Assembly (NCBI GenBank): GCA_002269645.1
Contig: NIVC01001091.1
Location: 124,001 to 188,000 of the forward strand
DNA: 64,000 bases
Source of the DNA: Macrostomum lignano
Lineage: Eukaryota
Direction: 5' to 3'
The notes under the pieces are model-generated. The model was not told where the DNA came from, made no database searches, and saw nothing but the letters and a program-made list of their open reading frames with translations. Below, one piece after another: positions 24,193-35,758 of this stretch; the stretch's first letter is position 1, and the number at the start of each line of letters is the position of its first letter. A program made the translations under genes and the position numbers.

Positions 24193-25077
24193 ACTAGCGG
24201 ATTACTACATTAGCGACATTAGACAATGCTAGGCAATGATGTCCAATTATTTCAATCAACTACATTTTTTCTATCAAAAATCATATAGGCTTTAGGCCCT
24301 AATATAAAATTGAAATTTCAAAGTGAATAGAACTTTCAAGTGCATTTTAAGAAAGCCTTTATTACATATAATTTTCTTTAACTCATAGACAGCTATAAAA
24401 AAGTCAAAGACTTGTCACCCAATTTGTTTTTGCCAAATGGCAAATTTGTCTATGGTTAATCTCTGTCACTGAATTTGTGTACATCCACTTGTATGCAAGA
24501 ATAGACAAATTCGGTAGCACTCGTCTAGTTCTGTGGTGCTGGGCTCGAGGTGGACTTGCTTGTGTAATTTAAACCAAACATACATAGTGTCATAGTTTAC
24601 TTGAATAGAATTAACATAAATTGAATAATTAAAACAAAAACATTTAGCCATTTATTATTTATTTAGTATAAATTTAACTTTGAAAATTGAAATAGGCCTT
24701 GTAAGACATTTGATTTTCCTAGTTATCTAGGCCTAGCATAGATTTATGCAAGAGAAAGCCATGATTAAAAATTAATCATAGGCCTAAGGCTAAGTTAATA
24801 GGAAAATTGATAATATTTTAATGTATATTAAGTTGATGCATTCTTTTACTAGGTCTAATAAGGTCTCTAAAAAGCATATATTTCTAGTTATGTCTTATTT
24901 GATATTGGTTATATTTAGGTTTTTTTAATATACATTTGTCTAGAAAAAAAATTTGGCTATTTATAGAAAGGATATATCTTATGCCCCCATGTCCTTGGCT
25001 TAGCTGGCTATGGTCTATTAAAGACCTTAGCAATCTAGAAATAATATAAGCTTTATTCATTGCAAAAAAAGAATTAA

Positions 25078-25935
25078 AGTGGGATAGAGAAATGAAAAAT
25101 TGTTTTAAGGTTGTTTGGTTTGACACCAAATTGGAGTGGTTCTGACTTTTGAATTACTGCCGGCATTAAGTTTGCACAAATTAAATCTAGAAAATTGTGC
25201 AGACAAATCAATGAAATTTCTCCTGAATACTCCGGCTGCTAGGGTCCTCAATTCTGGGGGAGGATAGTTTCAGTTGTAGATAAGCAGTCTTCATTAGGCA
25301 CAAGTGCTCAGAGTGGGTCCTTAAACACCGAAATTAATGTACCTCATATGCTTGACTTATTACTATTAGTAAAATAGCGCTGCCACAATAATTTACATAT
25401 TACAGAATGTTGAAATCTCAGGGCTCTCTTTGAGTTGAGAACTTAGTTATTTTACACCCCATGGGCAAATGACTTAAGATAGGCTACAGCTCTCAATTAA
25501 GTATTAAGCAAAAGATATTAAGTAGGTTGATGTTTGTTTTATTATTATTATCAGGCTGGCAAAGTATTAATGTTTAGGTTGACTTGACAATAAATGATGC
25601 CAAGGGAGCCGCGGTATGAGGCTCTACATTAAAGATCGGATGAGTCTAAGCAAAGAAATTAGCTAGTTGCAATTAATGTATTAGGGTCTATTCCACAGAG
25701 CACTAGTTAAGCAAAAATTTAAAAAAATAATAGAGGAAAGCAGGAATAGGAAAAAAGAGCTTTACAGAATCAGGCCAAATGAGGCCAAATAAATACAAAA
25801 AAGGGGAGCAGAAAGTAGGCAAATGGTTCAGAAAATGGGGACAGGACATAGACATTGGGGTCCAGAACTTGGAGAGCAAAAGTTTCTCTAGAAAATACAG
25901 AGGGAGAAGAACAAAAACAGAAAAAGGGACATGCA
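25078..25935 (-). mobile_element. Older, diverged LTR copy of the 33911 family, in tandem with the next copy
   Basis: 25110-25520 aligns by eye with the 33911 LTR (GACACCAA, GCACAAATTAAATC, GGGTCCTCAATTC, GGGCAAATGACTTAAGATAGGCTAC). 25790-25930 resembles 27070-27210. Confidence 0.6.
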
Positions 25936-25937
25936 AG

Positions 25938-27377
25938 TAAGGTGGGAGCAGAGAATGAAAATATATTTGGCGGTAAATTTGGCAGGGTTTGCTGACACCA
26001 ATGAGGTAGGGCGGTTTTATTTTGAATTGCTATCGATGCTGAATTTGCACAAATTAAATCTGGAAATATTGCGCAGACAAATCTCAACAAAATTTCTCTT
26101 GTTAGTCTGGCTGCCAGGGTCCTCAATTCCGGGGGAGGGTAGTTTGGTCGTAGAAGAGCAGTCTTTGTTAGGCACAAGTGTTCAGATAGGGTCCTCAGAC
26201 ACCAAATTGATGTACCTCGAATGCTTGACTGATTACTTCTAATAAAATAGCACTGCCACCACCATAATTTTGTATTACGGTATGTTGAAGTCTCAAAGCT
26301 TTCTTTGAGTTGAGAACTTGGTTATTTTATGCCCCACAGGCAAATGACTTAAGATAGGCTACAGCTTTTAATTAAGTCTTAAACAAAGAAAAAATTGACT
26401 TAGTTTATTAAATCAGCAGCTAACCCAATAAATAAATAAATATAAATAAATATATTGGAGTCGACCCGACAACAGAAATGGGTTCCAGGCGAGCCGCAGT
26501 GCGGGGCCCTAAACTAACTAAACTCTAACTAAACTAAAGCAAGTATTAAAATTAAGTATTATTAAATTAATTTGAGTAAGCAATAGAAGGACTAGAAAAC
26601 AAAAAAACCAAAAAGGGAAGGCGGGCCTTTTGGAGACGGGCAGTGGCATATCTAGGATTTTGAAATGGGGGGGGGGATAACTTTTGGGGACAAAATTTTT
26701 GACTAATAAAAATGTTTTTTGCATTTTTTTGCTTACAATATGCATTTAAAAAGTACCAAAACTGCATTTATTGGGCTCAAAAAACTTTACTTAGTTAAAA
26801 TCAGAATAAAGCCGGTAGACTTATGTACTAAATATGACATTTAGGAACTAGAGATTTGCCGAGATAATCATTTAAAACATTTTAATAGTAACTACTGGTA
26901 GAATAGCCCGATTTTGGCAATTTTTCTACGTCTATGCTGCTGCATATTGCATTTTTTTAAAAACTCATTTTTGTTTCCTATAAATCATAAAAATAAGGGG
27001 GGGATATATCCCCGTATCCCTCCCCCCTAGATACACCCCTGGAGATGGGCAAAAAGAGGCCTAGTTAAATAACAAAAGAGGAGCAGAAGGTAAGCAAAGT
27101 GGTCCAGAGAATGGAGACAGGGCATGGACATCAAGGCCTAGAACTTGGTGAGCAAAAAGTTCCGCAAAGATGCATAAAGAAAAACAAACAGAACAGAAAA
27201 GGGCATGAAAAAACCAGAAAAGGGCAGTTATGCCAGAAAGAGGGACAAAACACATCATAGATTTCGCCAGGGGGTAGACAGATAAGGCCAGAAATGGGAG
27301 CAATGGCAAATGGGAGAGTCTGAAAAATATTATTATGAAATTAAAAAAATTGTTAGTGGGAGTCTGCAATTACCACA
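25938..27377 (-). mobile_element. LTR copy (probable 3' LTR of the Gypsy element at 29652-33910), interrupted by a hAT MITE
   Basis: 25938-26625 is highly similar (roughly 90% by eye) to 33911-34617. The sequence resumes after the MITE. With the MITE removed its length is ~1.03 kb, like the 20740 LTR. The right boundary is uncertain and no PPT was seen. Confidence 0.68.
26641..27041. mobile_element. hAT-type MITE (401 bp) with 8-bp TSD
   Basis: TIRs CAGTGGCATATCTAGG / CCTAGATACACCCCTG with G/C runs inside. Flanks are GAGACGGG (26633-26640) and GAGATGGG (27042-27049), a 7/8 match differing at a CpG. Confidence 0.85.
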
Positions 27378-27423
27378 TGCGCCTGCGGGCCATGGCATGA
27401 GATGAATGATTAGACCTCCTGGT

Positions 27424-28206
27424 CTAAGGGTACCAGCCACGGTTAGCTATGGCTTGGCCACCTCGGTTGGCTAGGTAGGCACCGCGGACTGGGCCATTTG
27501 GCGTCCAAGTGGCAGGTTGGGCTGCAGGCTCCTGACCATTAGTCTCTAAGCTGCTAGTCGTGGTTGCTGGGTTTGGGCAACCACGGGCCTGGGCCGCGCT
27601 AGCTGCATGGGTGCCATAGCAAAGTTGCTCAAGCAACAGGGGTAGCCCTCAGCGGCAGGTGGCAGTGTTATTGATAGCTAGTGCCACTAGCGTGCAGCAT
27701 GGGCTGATTTGCTGCCCTTTGGTTTCATTGCCAAGCCAGGCCACGGTAGTGGCAGCAACCATATTGAGCACCAAGGTCACATCAGCTGGGTCAAAGTGCT
27801 GCACATATAGGGTCCAATTCTGGCCATCATTGGCTTGTCACTAGGGAGGTGCCCCTTCAGCTTCCAGGAGCAGTAGCTCCACCAAATGTTGTGCCCAAGC
27901 TTCCGCAGGGGCCGCAGGGTCACTTGGGGGTGGCCATCGGAGCTCTGCAAGGGCTGCCACTAGATTTGCTAGTCTAGGCCAATGGTGGAGGTGGGGGTGT
28001 CTCATGGTGGTCCGGCTTAAGCAGCCACACTGGATCTGGCTCAGGTGCCTTGGGCATTGCATACACTGCCTCCATGAAGCCATTGATCTCAGGTCCTGGG
28101 CTATAAGTGGCCTCCAGCGGTTTGGGTCGCAGTTCATCCAAATTGACCGAGTCTAGTTAGCAACCAGTTCAGCAAGGTGGCTGACGCGCCGTTCTACATA
28201 GGGTCG
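27424..28206 (-). pseudogene. Decayed extra ORF (~260 codons) of unknown function in the 3' region of the Gypsy element
   Basis: Track ORFs 27841-28137 and 27424-27636 and the sequence between them lie in one frame. It is interrupted only by TAG, TAG-TGA and TGA stops, each explicable by C>T at CAG/CGA. It is a GC-rich island in AT-rich DNA. Confidence 0.55.
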
Positions 28207-29300
28207 TTATACATGTTTGGTACTGTTCGCAATCCGGAGCAAAATGTGTCAGGCAAAATAAACTGACCATCAAATGATATAGCTAGACAAATCAAGTGTT
28301 AGATTATTAGCTGGATGGCCGGAGAAACAAAAATTCAGAAAATTAATGCAGTGAAATTAAATGCTTATATACTTCTATGTGGGCCAGATAATGAACAAAG
28401 GGGCCAGAAAATGGTCAAACACAAAAACACCCCCCCTTCGTGCACTCCAATGGAGGTCGTGCCTGGAGATTAGGGTGGAGAGAAAATCAAGGGGCAATAA
28501 AATGATAAACCATAAGTTAGGAGTGCAGTTTAGGCTGAACACTGAATCAATGAAATGAGAAGGTCCCAAATGGCTTGCACAAAAAGGGGGTTGCATGGGA
28601 AAACACAAAGAGTTGCAAGCATAAGTTAGAATTTGACAAATGACTATAAGATAGCAAAATGAGGTTCCTAACTAGCATTTATAATAGGAATAGCTGAATA
28701 GCTAAGATACTAACCGAAATAGCAAATAGGTCTCCATAAAGAGCTTTACAAACAAAAGGAGAAAAAGGCACTGGAAAAGAATTTTCCCAGGCTAGGCTTA
28801 ATCTAGACAGAGATCAGGAGCCACTAGTCACCTTAGATGCCCCCACTAGGAACAGAGCCTCAAACAAGAGGGCCTGACCCGGGTGCAGCAGGGCAGTCAA
28901 AAAACTGGCAGGTTGAACAAAAATTTCCTTCAGCTTTGAACAAGGAGCTGAGAGGCTTTACAAAAAAATGAAAATGACAAGTGTTATGTTACAGAGATGA
29001 GCATAAAACTTTCAGCACTCTGGGCATGCGCAGAGAAATTTGTAGCAAAATTTCATAGAACAGAAAAGGGGATATTCACAACAAATTATTGTATCGCATA
29101 TGGATAAATATAAACGCATTTGTGTAGGCTTTTACCAGAAAGCCTAAGGCTAAATATGAGCGCAAGGATGTAGCTTATTGTAACACATTGCATAAGCATA
29201 AGCACGTAGAAATAAATAGATTGCAGCTTTTATCCGGAAAGCTTAAGGAGAAAAGTATAAAACTGCTTTTGTTAGGAAGCAAAAGGTTACATTAAAAGAA

Positions 29301-29492
29301 TCTGCTTTTACCCTCAAGCATAAGGTTTACATTAGAGAAAATTGCTTTTACCCTCAAGCATAAGGTTTACAATAGAGAAAATTGCTTTTACCCTCAAGCA
29401 TAAGGTTTACAATAGAGAAAATTGCTTTTACCCTCAAGCATAAGGTTTACAATAGAGAAAATTGCTTTTACTCTCAAGCATAAGGTTTACAA
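29301..29492. repeat. 40-bp tandem repeat, ~4.7 copies, in the Gypsy 3' non-coding region
   Basis: The unit TTTTACCCTCAAGCATAAGGTTTACAATAGAGAAAATTGC repeats every 40 nt. Confidence 0.92.
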
Positions 29493-29651
29493 TAGAGAAA
29501 ATTTTAAATTAACCTTCAGCACATTAGCAGGTGCAGAGAAGGTTTACAGTGGCAGAATAAATCAAGTGCAGATGCAAATAACACTACTGGCAGTAGTGTG
29601 CAAATACTAATTCGCAGAAAGAAGACTTAGTTAATTTCGCAGTTAATTACC

Positions 29652-31200
29652 TTAAATTTCGACCTCCATTCCGATGTCTGGCAGGTCAGGATCGTCTTCT
29701 TCTAGCACTTCAGGATGGCACAGGCTCGGTTCGAATAGTTGGGTGCCTCGCAGATCAGGCTGAGCTGCGGCCTGCTGTTCCGGTGCGGGCTGATCAGCTG
29801 AGTCCTCTTCGCTTTCCTCGCTCGACTCGTAGGGCAAAATTGGCCGTTCAGTTTGTTGCTGCGGCTCCTGCGGTCGTTCGGCCATCATTTGCGGCACCTT
29901 GATGATGTTGTTCCGGTGTACAAGCACTTCGGCTGGGCGTCCTCGTTGTGCGGTGGCAGGTTTTATCCAGTAGGCGACTTCTCCGACTTTCTTAACAACC
30001 TTATACATGCTCTTATACGGCCGGTGAAACTTGGGCAACTCTCCCAACTCGAGCTTCGGGTTGGCCAGGCAGACCAGGTCTCCTGACTGCTGTTCTGCTG
30101 GCCTCGGCCGGTTCTCATAATACTCTTCTCGGCGCTGGATCTCTGCTCTCAGTCGCTGTCGCACAATACGCTCGGTCTCGGCCAGTCTGCGCTGATGCTT
30201 GGCAATGTACTCTGGGAGGTCAGCCGATACATCCAGGCGGTCTAGGGTGTTGTCGATAGGGTGGGCACTCCGTAGACAACATAGTGCGGCGAGAAACCAG
30301 TAGCACGATTGACGGCGGATCTTAGTGCAGTCAAAGCGGCTGGCAGCATCTTGTCCCACTGTTGATCAGATGATCTTCTAGGAGACAGGTGAGCACCTTC
30401 TTAATATTCTTATTACACGATTCGGCTTGTCCATTAGCCCAGGGCGAATATGGCGGCGTCGTTGTCTGCCTGATGCCGTAGACTTCGCAGAAGTGTCGGA
30501 ACTCATGCCCTGTGAATTGCTTGCCTTGATCCGAATGAATCCAAGTGGGGATTCCGGTGATCGGAAAGACTTGCTCTTGCAGGAGCGTGATTATTGTTTT
30601 GGCGTGCTGGTTCTTCATGGCGAAGGCGAAGGGGTATTTCGACGTGGTGTCGACGTAGGTCAGGATGTACTCATTTTCTCGATCTGTCGGGTCTCCAGTG
30701 GTGCCCAGGATGTCGATAGCGCATCGCCCATAGATTTCGTAGACCGGGAACGATTGTACATGCGCCGGAATTCGTCGCCGTCCTTTGCTTAAAGTGCAGG
30801 TCTGGCAGGAAGCGACATGGTCGGACACTGCCTTGGCCAGGGCAAGTCGCCAGAATTTTTCGCGCACTTTAGCGATGGTGAGGTCTCGGCCCATGTGTCC
30901 GCAGTAGGGCGAATCATGCAGTTCGGCAAACACGGTGGCATCGAGACTTCTTGGCAGGACGATCCGTGCTTTATCTTCTTCGCCAGCATCTTCGAGATGT
31001 ATTACTAATAGTCCATCGTCTCGGACTTCGAGCTGTTCGTAAAACGCTAACAGGTTTCATTCGTCTCTAGTAATGTTCAGACGTTGATTCATCGGCGGCT
31101 TCGGTTGTCGGGTTTCCAAAAGATTGATCACCATGGCGATGGCGGAGTCAGCTCGCTGATGGGTCTGGAGCTCCTCACAAGTGACTGGCCTCGGGATATG
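29652..31200 (-). pseudogene. Gypsy integrase (HHCC zinc finger, DDE core, GPY/F-like C-terminus), frameshifted
   Basis: H(DSPYCG)H...C(QT)C; AIDILG, IHSDQGKQF and NGQAES catalytic motifs. The C-terminal KFHRPYKSMYKVVKKVGEVAYWI...VHRNNI is in a different frame (track ORFs 30331-30933 and 29652-30359). Confidence 0.92.
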
Positions 31201-31530
31201 ATCTGTCAAGTTCCGAGTTCGGCGTCTGTCCGTAGGATTTGCTGGCGCGGCATCGGCTGTGGCGGCATGGTTCAGGGTCTGGAGCTCCCTCCGCATGATC
31301 GCTACTCTAACCGGTTGCCGGGCTGTTGATGATTTTGAGGGCCGATCCTTGTCGGTTACTTCGGCGTCACTGTCGTCAGATTTGGATTTGTCAGCAGATG
31401 ATGATGAGTCAGCGGAGCTGTCGGCGTTGCTGCTGAACTTCACCTTCTTGAACTTAGGGCAGCGAGCGGGTTGGCAGCGGTCATCTCTGGCTGCACTGTG
31501 GTCGCTGTCCTCGTCACCTTCAGCTAGTAG

Positions 31531-32385
31531 TCAGCGGCTCCTATTAGGGCAACATGTCGTGCTACTGCTAAAACTGGTGGGCGACCTCCGTGAGTCCCAA
31601 TAACGACTGGCAGATGGCCTCGGCTTCGTCGCCGGCGGTTGCAGCTCTGTCAGCGGCTTGCTGTCGGCTGGCGGTGTTGCTGGCGGCGTAGCCTCGCCGT
31701 TGGACTCTTTCGGTTTGGGCGGCGGCCTCAGTCGATTTCGGCGGGTCGATGGCTTCTTGCTCGGAGGAGGACTCGGGTGGCTGCTGTCGTGGACCTTTGG
31801 CGCCGCTGCGCCAGTTATCGCGGCTGGCTGCTTACTTTGGTCCTCGTCAGCTGCCTCGCGCTGAGCCTCCTCCAAGCATTCGGCGTCTTCCTCGGGCCGT
31901 CTCGAGAGACCGTCGGCATTTTGATGCTGACTTGATTTGCGGTGCTGGATTTCGAACTCAAATTCGCTGAGTCTCTGTAGCCATCGTCCAAAGATGCCTA
32001 CTTGCTGAGTTCGCCTTAGGATCCAGGTCAACGCGGCATGATCGGTTCGGCAGATGAACTTTTTGGCCAGCAGGTAGAAGCGGAAGTGTCGCATCCCATG
32101 TACGACTACCAAGAGTTCCTGTTTAGTAATCGGGTATCTGGCTTCGGCTGGCTTGAGTCGCCGGGAGAAATAGCTGATTGGGCGCTCAATCCCATCAGCT
32201 TGGCGTTGGCTCAGACAGGCTCCGATCCTGGTCGCAGTTGGGTCATCAGTACATAGCCGGTTCCAGGTGCCGAATCCTAGGACTTCACACTTGGAGCCGG
32301 TGTCAAGCAGAAAAGCAAAATAGCGGCCCTGAATCTCACCAGTTAGAAACGGATCCCTTCGAGGTCGCTTGGGTGCAGAGGTCAA
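31531..32385 (-). pseudogene. Gypsy pol remnant: N-terminal half of aspartic protease fused in frame to RNase H; reverse transcriptase absent
   Basis: FAFLLDTGS (protease) is followed ~20 aa later by IGACLSQ...RPISYFSRRL...Y...KQELL...F...TDHAAL...RWLQRLSEFEFEIQHR...NADGLSR (RNase H). There is no YxDD motif and no RT-sized interval. Confidence 0.9.
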
Positions 32386-32442
32386 GTGCGGAGGCGGTCT
32401 CAGCAGTGGCCTGCTGAGCGACTAAAGTCCTCGGCGGGGACT

Positions 32443-33843
32443 TTATTGCTGGCTCGGCTGCTGGATGGCGCTGCCCCCGATGGCGCGTCCAGCCGTCCCG
32501 TTTCCCGAGCTGCCGTTTCGCTGGGGCACAGTGCTGGCCGACCGTCGATGCGGGCACTCATCGCTGCGATGCTCACGATTGCACCTGTAGCACATTGCGT
32601 TCTGCCGCCGCAGCTGATAGGGCGGCGGGCGCGAACTCGTCTGTTGCTGCGACTGCTGCGGCTGCTGATGTTGTCGACGTTGACCTCCTGCTGGCGGTGT
32701 CGTCGGCGGCGGGTTGCTGCCGTCTCGCGGTTGCTGAAGCTGATGGAGCTGTTGATGCTGCACATTATGTGTGCCGGGTGTCGTAAATTGGGCGCTTCCG
32801 TCGGCGCTGCGGCGAGGAGTCGGGGGTGCCAAACATCTGGAGCGTTGGCCCCACGAGTCCCGCGGCTGATGGCGAGCTGGTTCCCATGGCTCCGGGGCGT
32901 CGTTATCGCGCGATCCTTGAGAGTAGAACTCTCGCATTTCGTTGCTTAAGGTTTCCAGAATTCGTCGCTGCTCTTGCAGAGTTTCCGCTTGTTGTTCCAT
33001 CACCTCACGCAACCAGTTTTCCTCGGGCCGAGATGACTTGGCGTCGTGTTGCACCGCAGTGGGCGTCTGACTGTCGTCATTCTCGAGAACCCGTACATGG
33101 CGGCGGTGCTACTCGCTGAGCCAGGCTAGCTGCTGTCTCCAGGCGTAGCACAGCCCTTCTCGCGGCAGTCAGATTCTGCGGTCTCATTAGGATTAGCTGT
33201 TCTCGGGCCGACTGGGCGATTCGCACTCCAACCGTGAACTGATCCACCAGTTCAGCCTGCTTCTGAACTGGGGTAAAGTGCGGAAACGCTCGATCGGCTA
33301 GAGCAATTAATTGATCGCCGTAGTCGTCAACGCTCTCATTCTTGCCTTGCTGGCAGCTCCAAAACTGCTCCCGGTACTCCAGCGTGTCGGCTACATGCGT
33401 AAAGCGTTCAGACAATCGCTGTTTGAACTCACCAAACGTTAGGTTGTCTGGAAGCTCTATCCTGACGACTGTGGGATAGGTTGTGGCGATGTCCAAATTC
33501 ACTAGGACCTCCGCCTTCTTTCGTCTATCGTCTATGATCCCGTTGAGCTCATAACGCTCCTCGAGAGCCTGGATCCAGACGTCGAATTCCTGGTTTTGGG
33601 TGTACCGCTGAATCTTGACCGGTTTTGGCACCCGAGCTCGATCCTGCTGCTGGGGTTGCTGGTACACATGGACACATGGTGATGGTGCTGCGGCTGGCCC
33701 AGGCTGGTCTGCTCCAAACGCCGTCGCACCTCGTCGGTCACCGCCCGAATCATCTCGTCGTAGGTCGGTCTTGTTGCTGAATTGTCGGGGCCTGCGGCGT
33801 CAGCTGTTGCGTCCGCGGCCGTTGAATTATTAGTTGAAGCCAT
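32443..33843 (-). pseudogene. Gypsy gag (capsid-like domain + degenerate zinc knuckle), frameshifted
   Basis: ATG at 33843 (MASTNNST...) leads to FDVWIQALEERYEL...F...Q...ESVDDYGDQLIALADRAFP...LVDQFTVG (retrotransposon gag). CYRCNREHRSDEC knuckle is in ORF 32443-33054. Confidence 0.88.
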
Positions 33844-33910
33844 AGCGTAGATTCTGAACGACTCGTCGAATGGGTTGTGGCGTTTCGATATCCCACTTAG
33901 CTGACCACCA

Positions 33911-34617
33911 GTGAGGTGGGGGCGGAGAATGAAAATATATTTGGCGGTAAATTTGGCAGGGTTTGCTGACACCAATGAGGTGGGGCGGTTTTATTTTGAA
34001 TTGCCGCCGACGTTGAATTCGCACGAATTAAATCCGGAAATATCGCGCAGACAAATCTCAACAAAATTTGTCCTGTTACTCCGGCTGCCGGGGTCCTCAA
34101 TTCCGGGGGGAGGGTATTTTGGTCGTAGACGAGCAGTCTTTGTTAGGCGCGAGCGTTCAGATAGGGTCCTCAGACACCAAATTGATGTACCTCGAATGCT
34201 TGACTGATTAATTCCAGTAGAGTAGCGCTGCCACCACCGTAATTTCGTATTACGGAACGTTGAAGTCTCAGAGCTTTCTTTGAGTTGAGAACTTGGTTAT
34301 TTTATGCCCCACGGGCAAATGACTTAAGATAGGCTACGGCTTTTAATTAAGTCTTAAACAAAGAACAAATTGACGTTAGTTTATTAAATCAGCAGCTGGA
34401 TATTATAAATATACTGGAGTCGACCCGACGACAGAAATGGTCCCGGTGAAGCCGCGGTGCGGGGCCCTAAACTAACTAAACTCGAGTCACTAGTCTTTAG
34501 TAATAGGGTTTACTTAGCTGAGAACGAATAGCAAGTATTAAAATTAAGTATTATTAAATTAATTCGAGTAAGCGATAGAGGGACCAGAAAACAAAAAACA
34601 AAAAAGGGGAGGCGGGA
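33911..34617 (-). mobile_element. 5' LTR (truncated) of the Gypsy element, with a degenerate tRNA-Leu-like PBS at 33890-33909
   Basis: On the minus strand ...CCCACCTCA-C-TGGTGGTCAGCTAAGTGGGAT directly precedes the gag leader. Similarity to the 25938 copy ends at ~34617. Confidence 0.82.
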
Positions 34618-34765
34618 AAATGGGAAAGTCTACCATTAGTCCATAATATGTTATTAGAAAATTTAAAATAATAGAACTTCAAGTGGGAGTTTGCACTTCC
34701 AAAATATGATATAGATATCAACTTTGGAAATAATTTATTCTGCTTTCAAAAGTAACTATCCCAAA

Positions 34766-35758
34766 TGTCCCAAAAGTCGGTGCACTTTCTTCACAACAGC
34801 CTTTTCTGACCGATCAGAAATATTTATTTTGTAGCAGTTAACAAGAGAATTATCTGCCCGTTAAAATGACTTTCTATTTATTTCTGTATCTGCTGGCATT
34901 CTATAGATATGAGCAATTTTATGCCCCACCCCCTGTGCTACTTCTACAAATTGCCATAGACCAAAGCTTTGTACCTGATGCACGAAACAATGAAACATTC
35001 AACGAATCAATAAAACATCCGCAGCATGAAATCCGCAGTCCAAAGTTCACTGTTCCATACCGCACGATGACTGTGGAGTTGAAACTGTCAAAGATCTCGA
35101 CCCACTAATTACCGTGGCTCCGCACCTTCTGCACCATGACAATGCAAGTCCCCACACAGCCAAAAATACGGAGGAGACGAAGAGAAAGGCAAATTTTGAG
35201 CTGCTCTCACACCAATGCCTTCTCTCCGGATTTGTTGACAGCTGACTTTTCCATCTTTCCAAAGATAAAGAAGCTGCTGCATGGACGAATCTTTGCTTGT
35301 TGTGGGAGCCTAGGGAAGCATTGACTCGCCAAGTTCTCCTTCATGGTATGCCGCGCTCAGATATTGCTGATGCCCTTGACGACATGCACAGCTGATGGCA
35401 GAAGTGTGCAGCGCAGTGGTGACTATGTGGAGAAGCCTCAGGACAATTTTGATGATTAACTTTTGACTGTTCTTTCCTTAGCTTTCATGCTGCGGTTTGT
35501 TTTATTGATTCGTTGAATGTTTCGTTGTTTCGTGCATCAGGTACAAAGCTTTGGTCTATGGCAATTTGTAGAAGTAGCACAGGGGGTGGAGCATAAAATT
35601 TCTCATATCTATATAATGCCAGCAGATACAGAAATAAATAGAAAGTCATTTTAATGGGCAGATAATTCTCTTGTTAACTGATACAAAATAAATATTTCTG
35701 ATCGGTCAGAAAAGGCTGTTGTAAAGAAAGTGCACCGACTTTTGGGACACCCCTCGTA
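34766..35758 (+). mobile_element. Internally deleted mariner element with ~265-bp TIRs
   Basis: 34766-35033 is the reverse complement of ~35484-35749. The right end is GGGACACCCCTCG-TA; the left end lacks its outermost ~9 nt. The interior retains transposase remnants LHHDNASPHTA, SPDL..ADFSIFPKIKKLLHG and WQKC..SGDYVEK. Confidence 0.9.

Noticed and set aside
27424-28206. Calling the extra Gypsy ORF an env gene
   Set aside because: No signal peptide, furin site or C-terminal transmembrane anchor is visible in the reconstructed frame.
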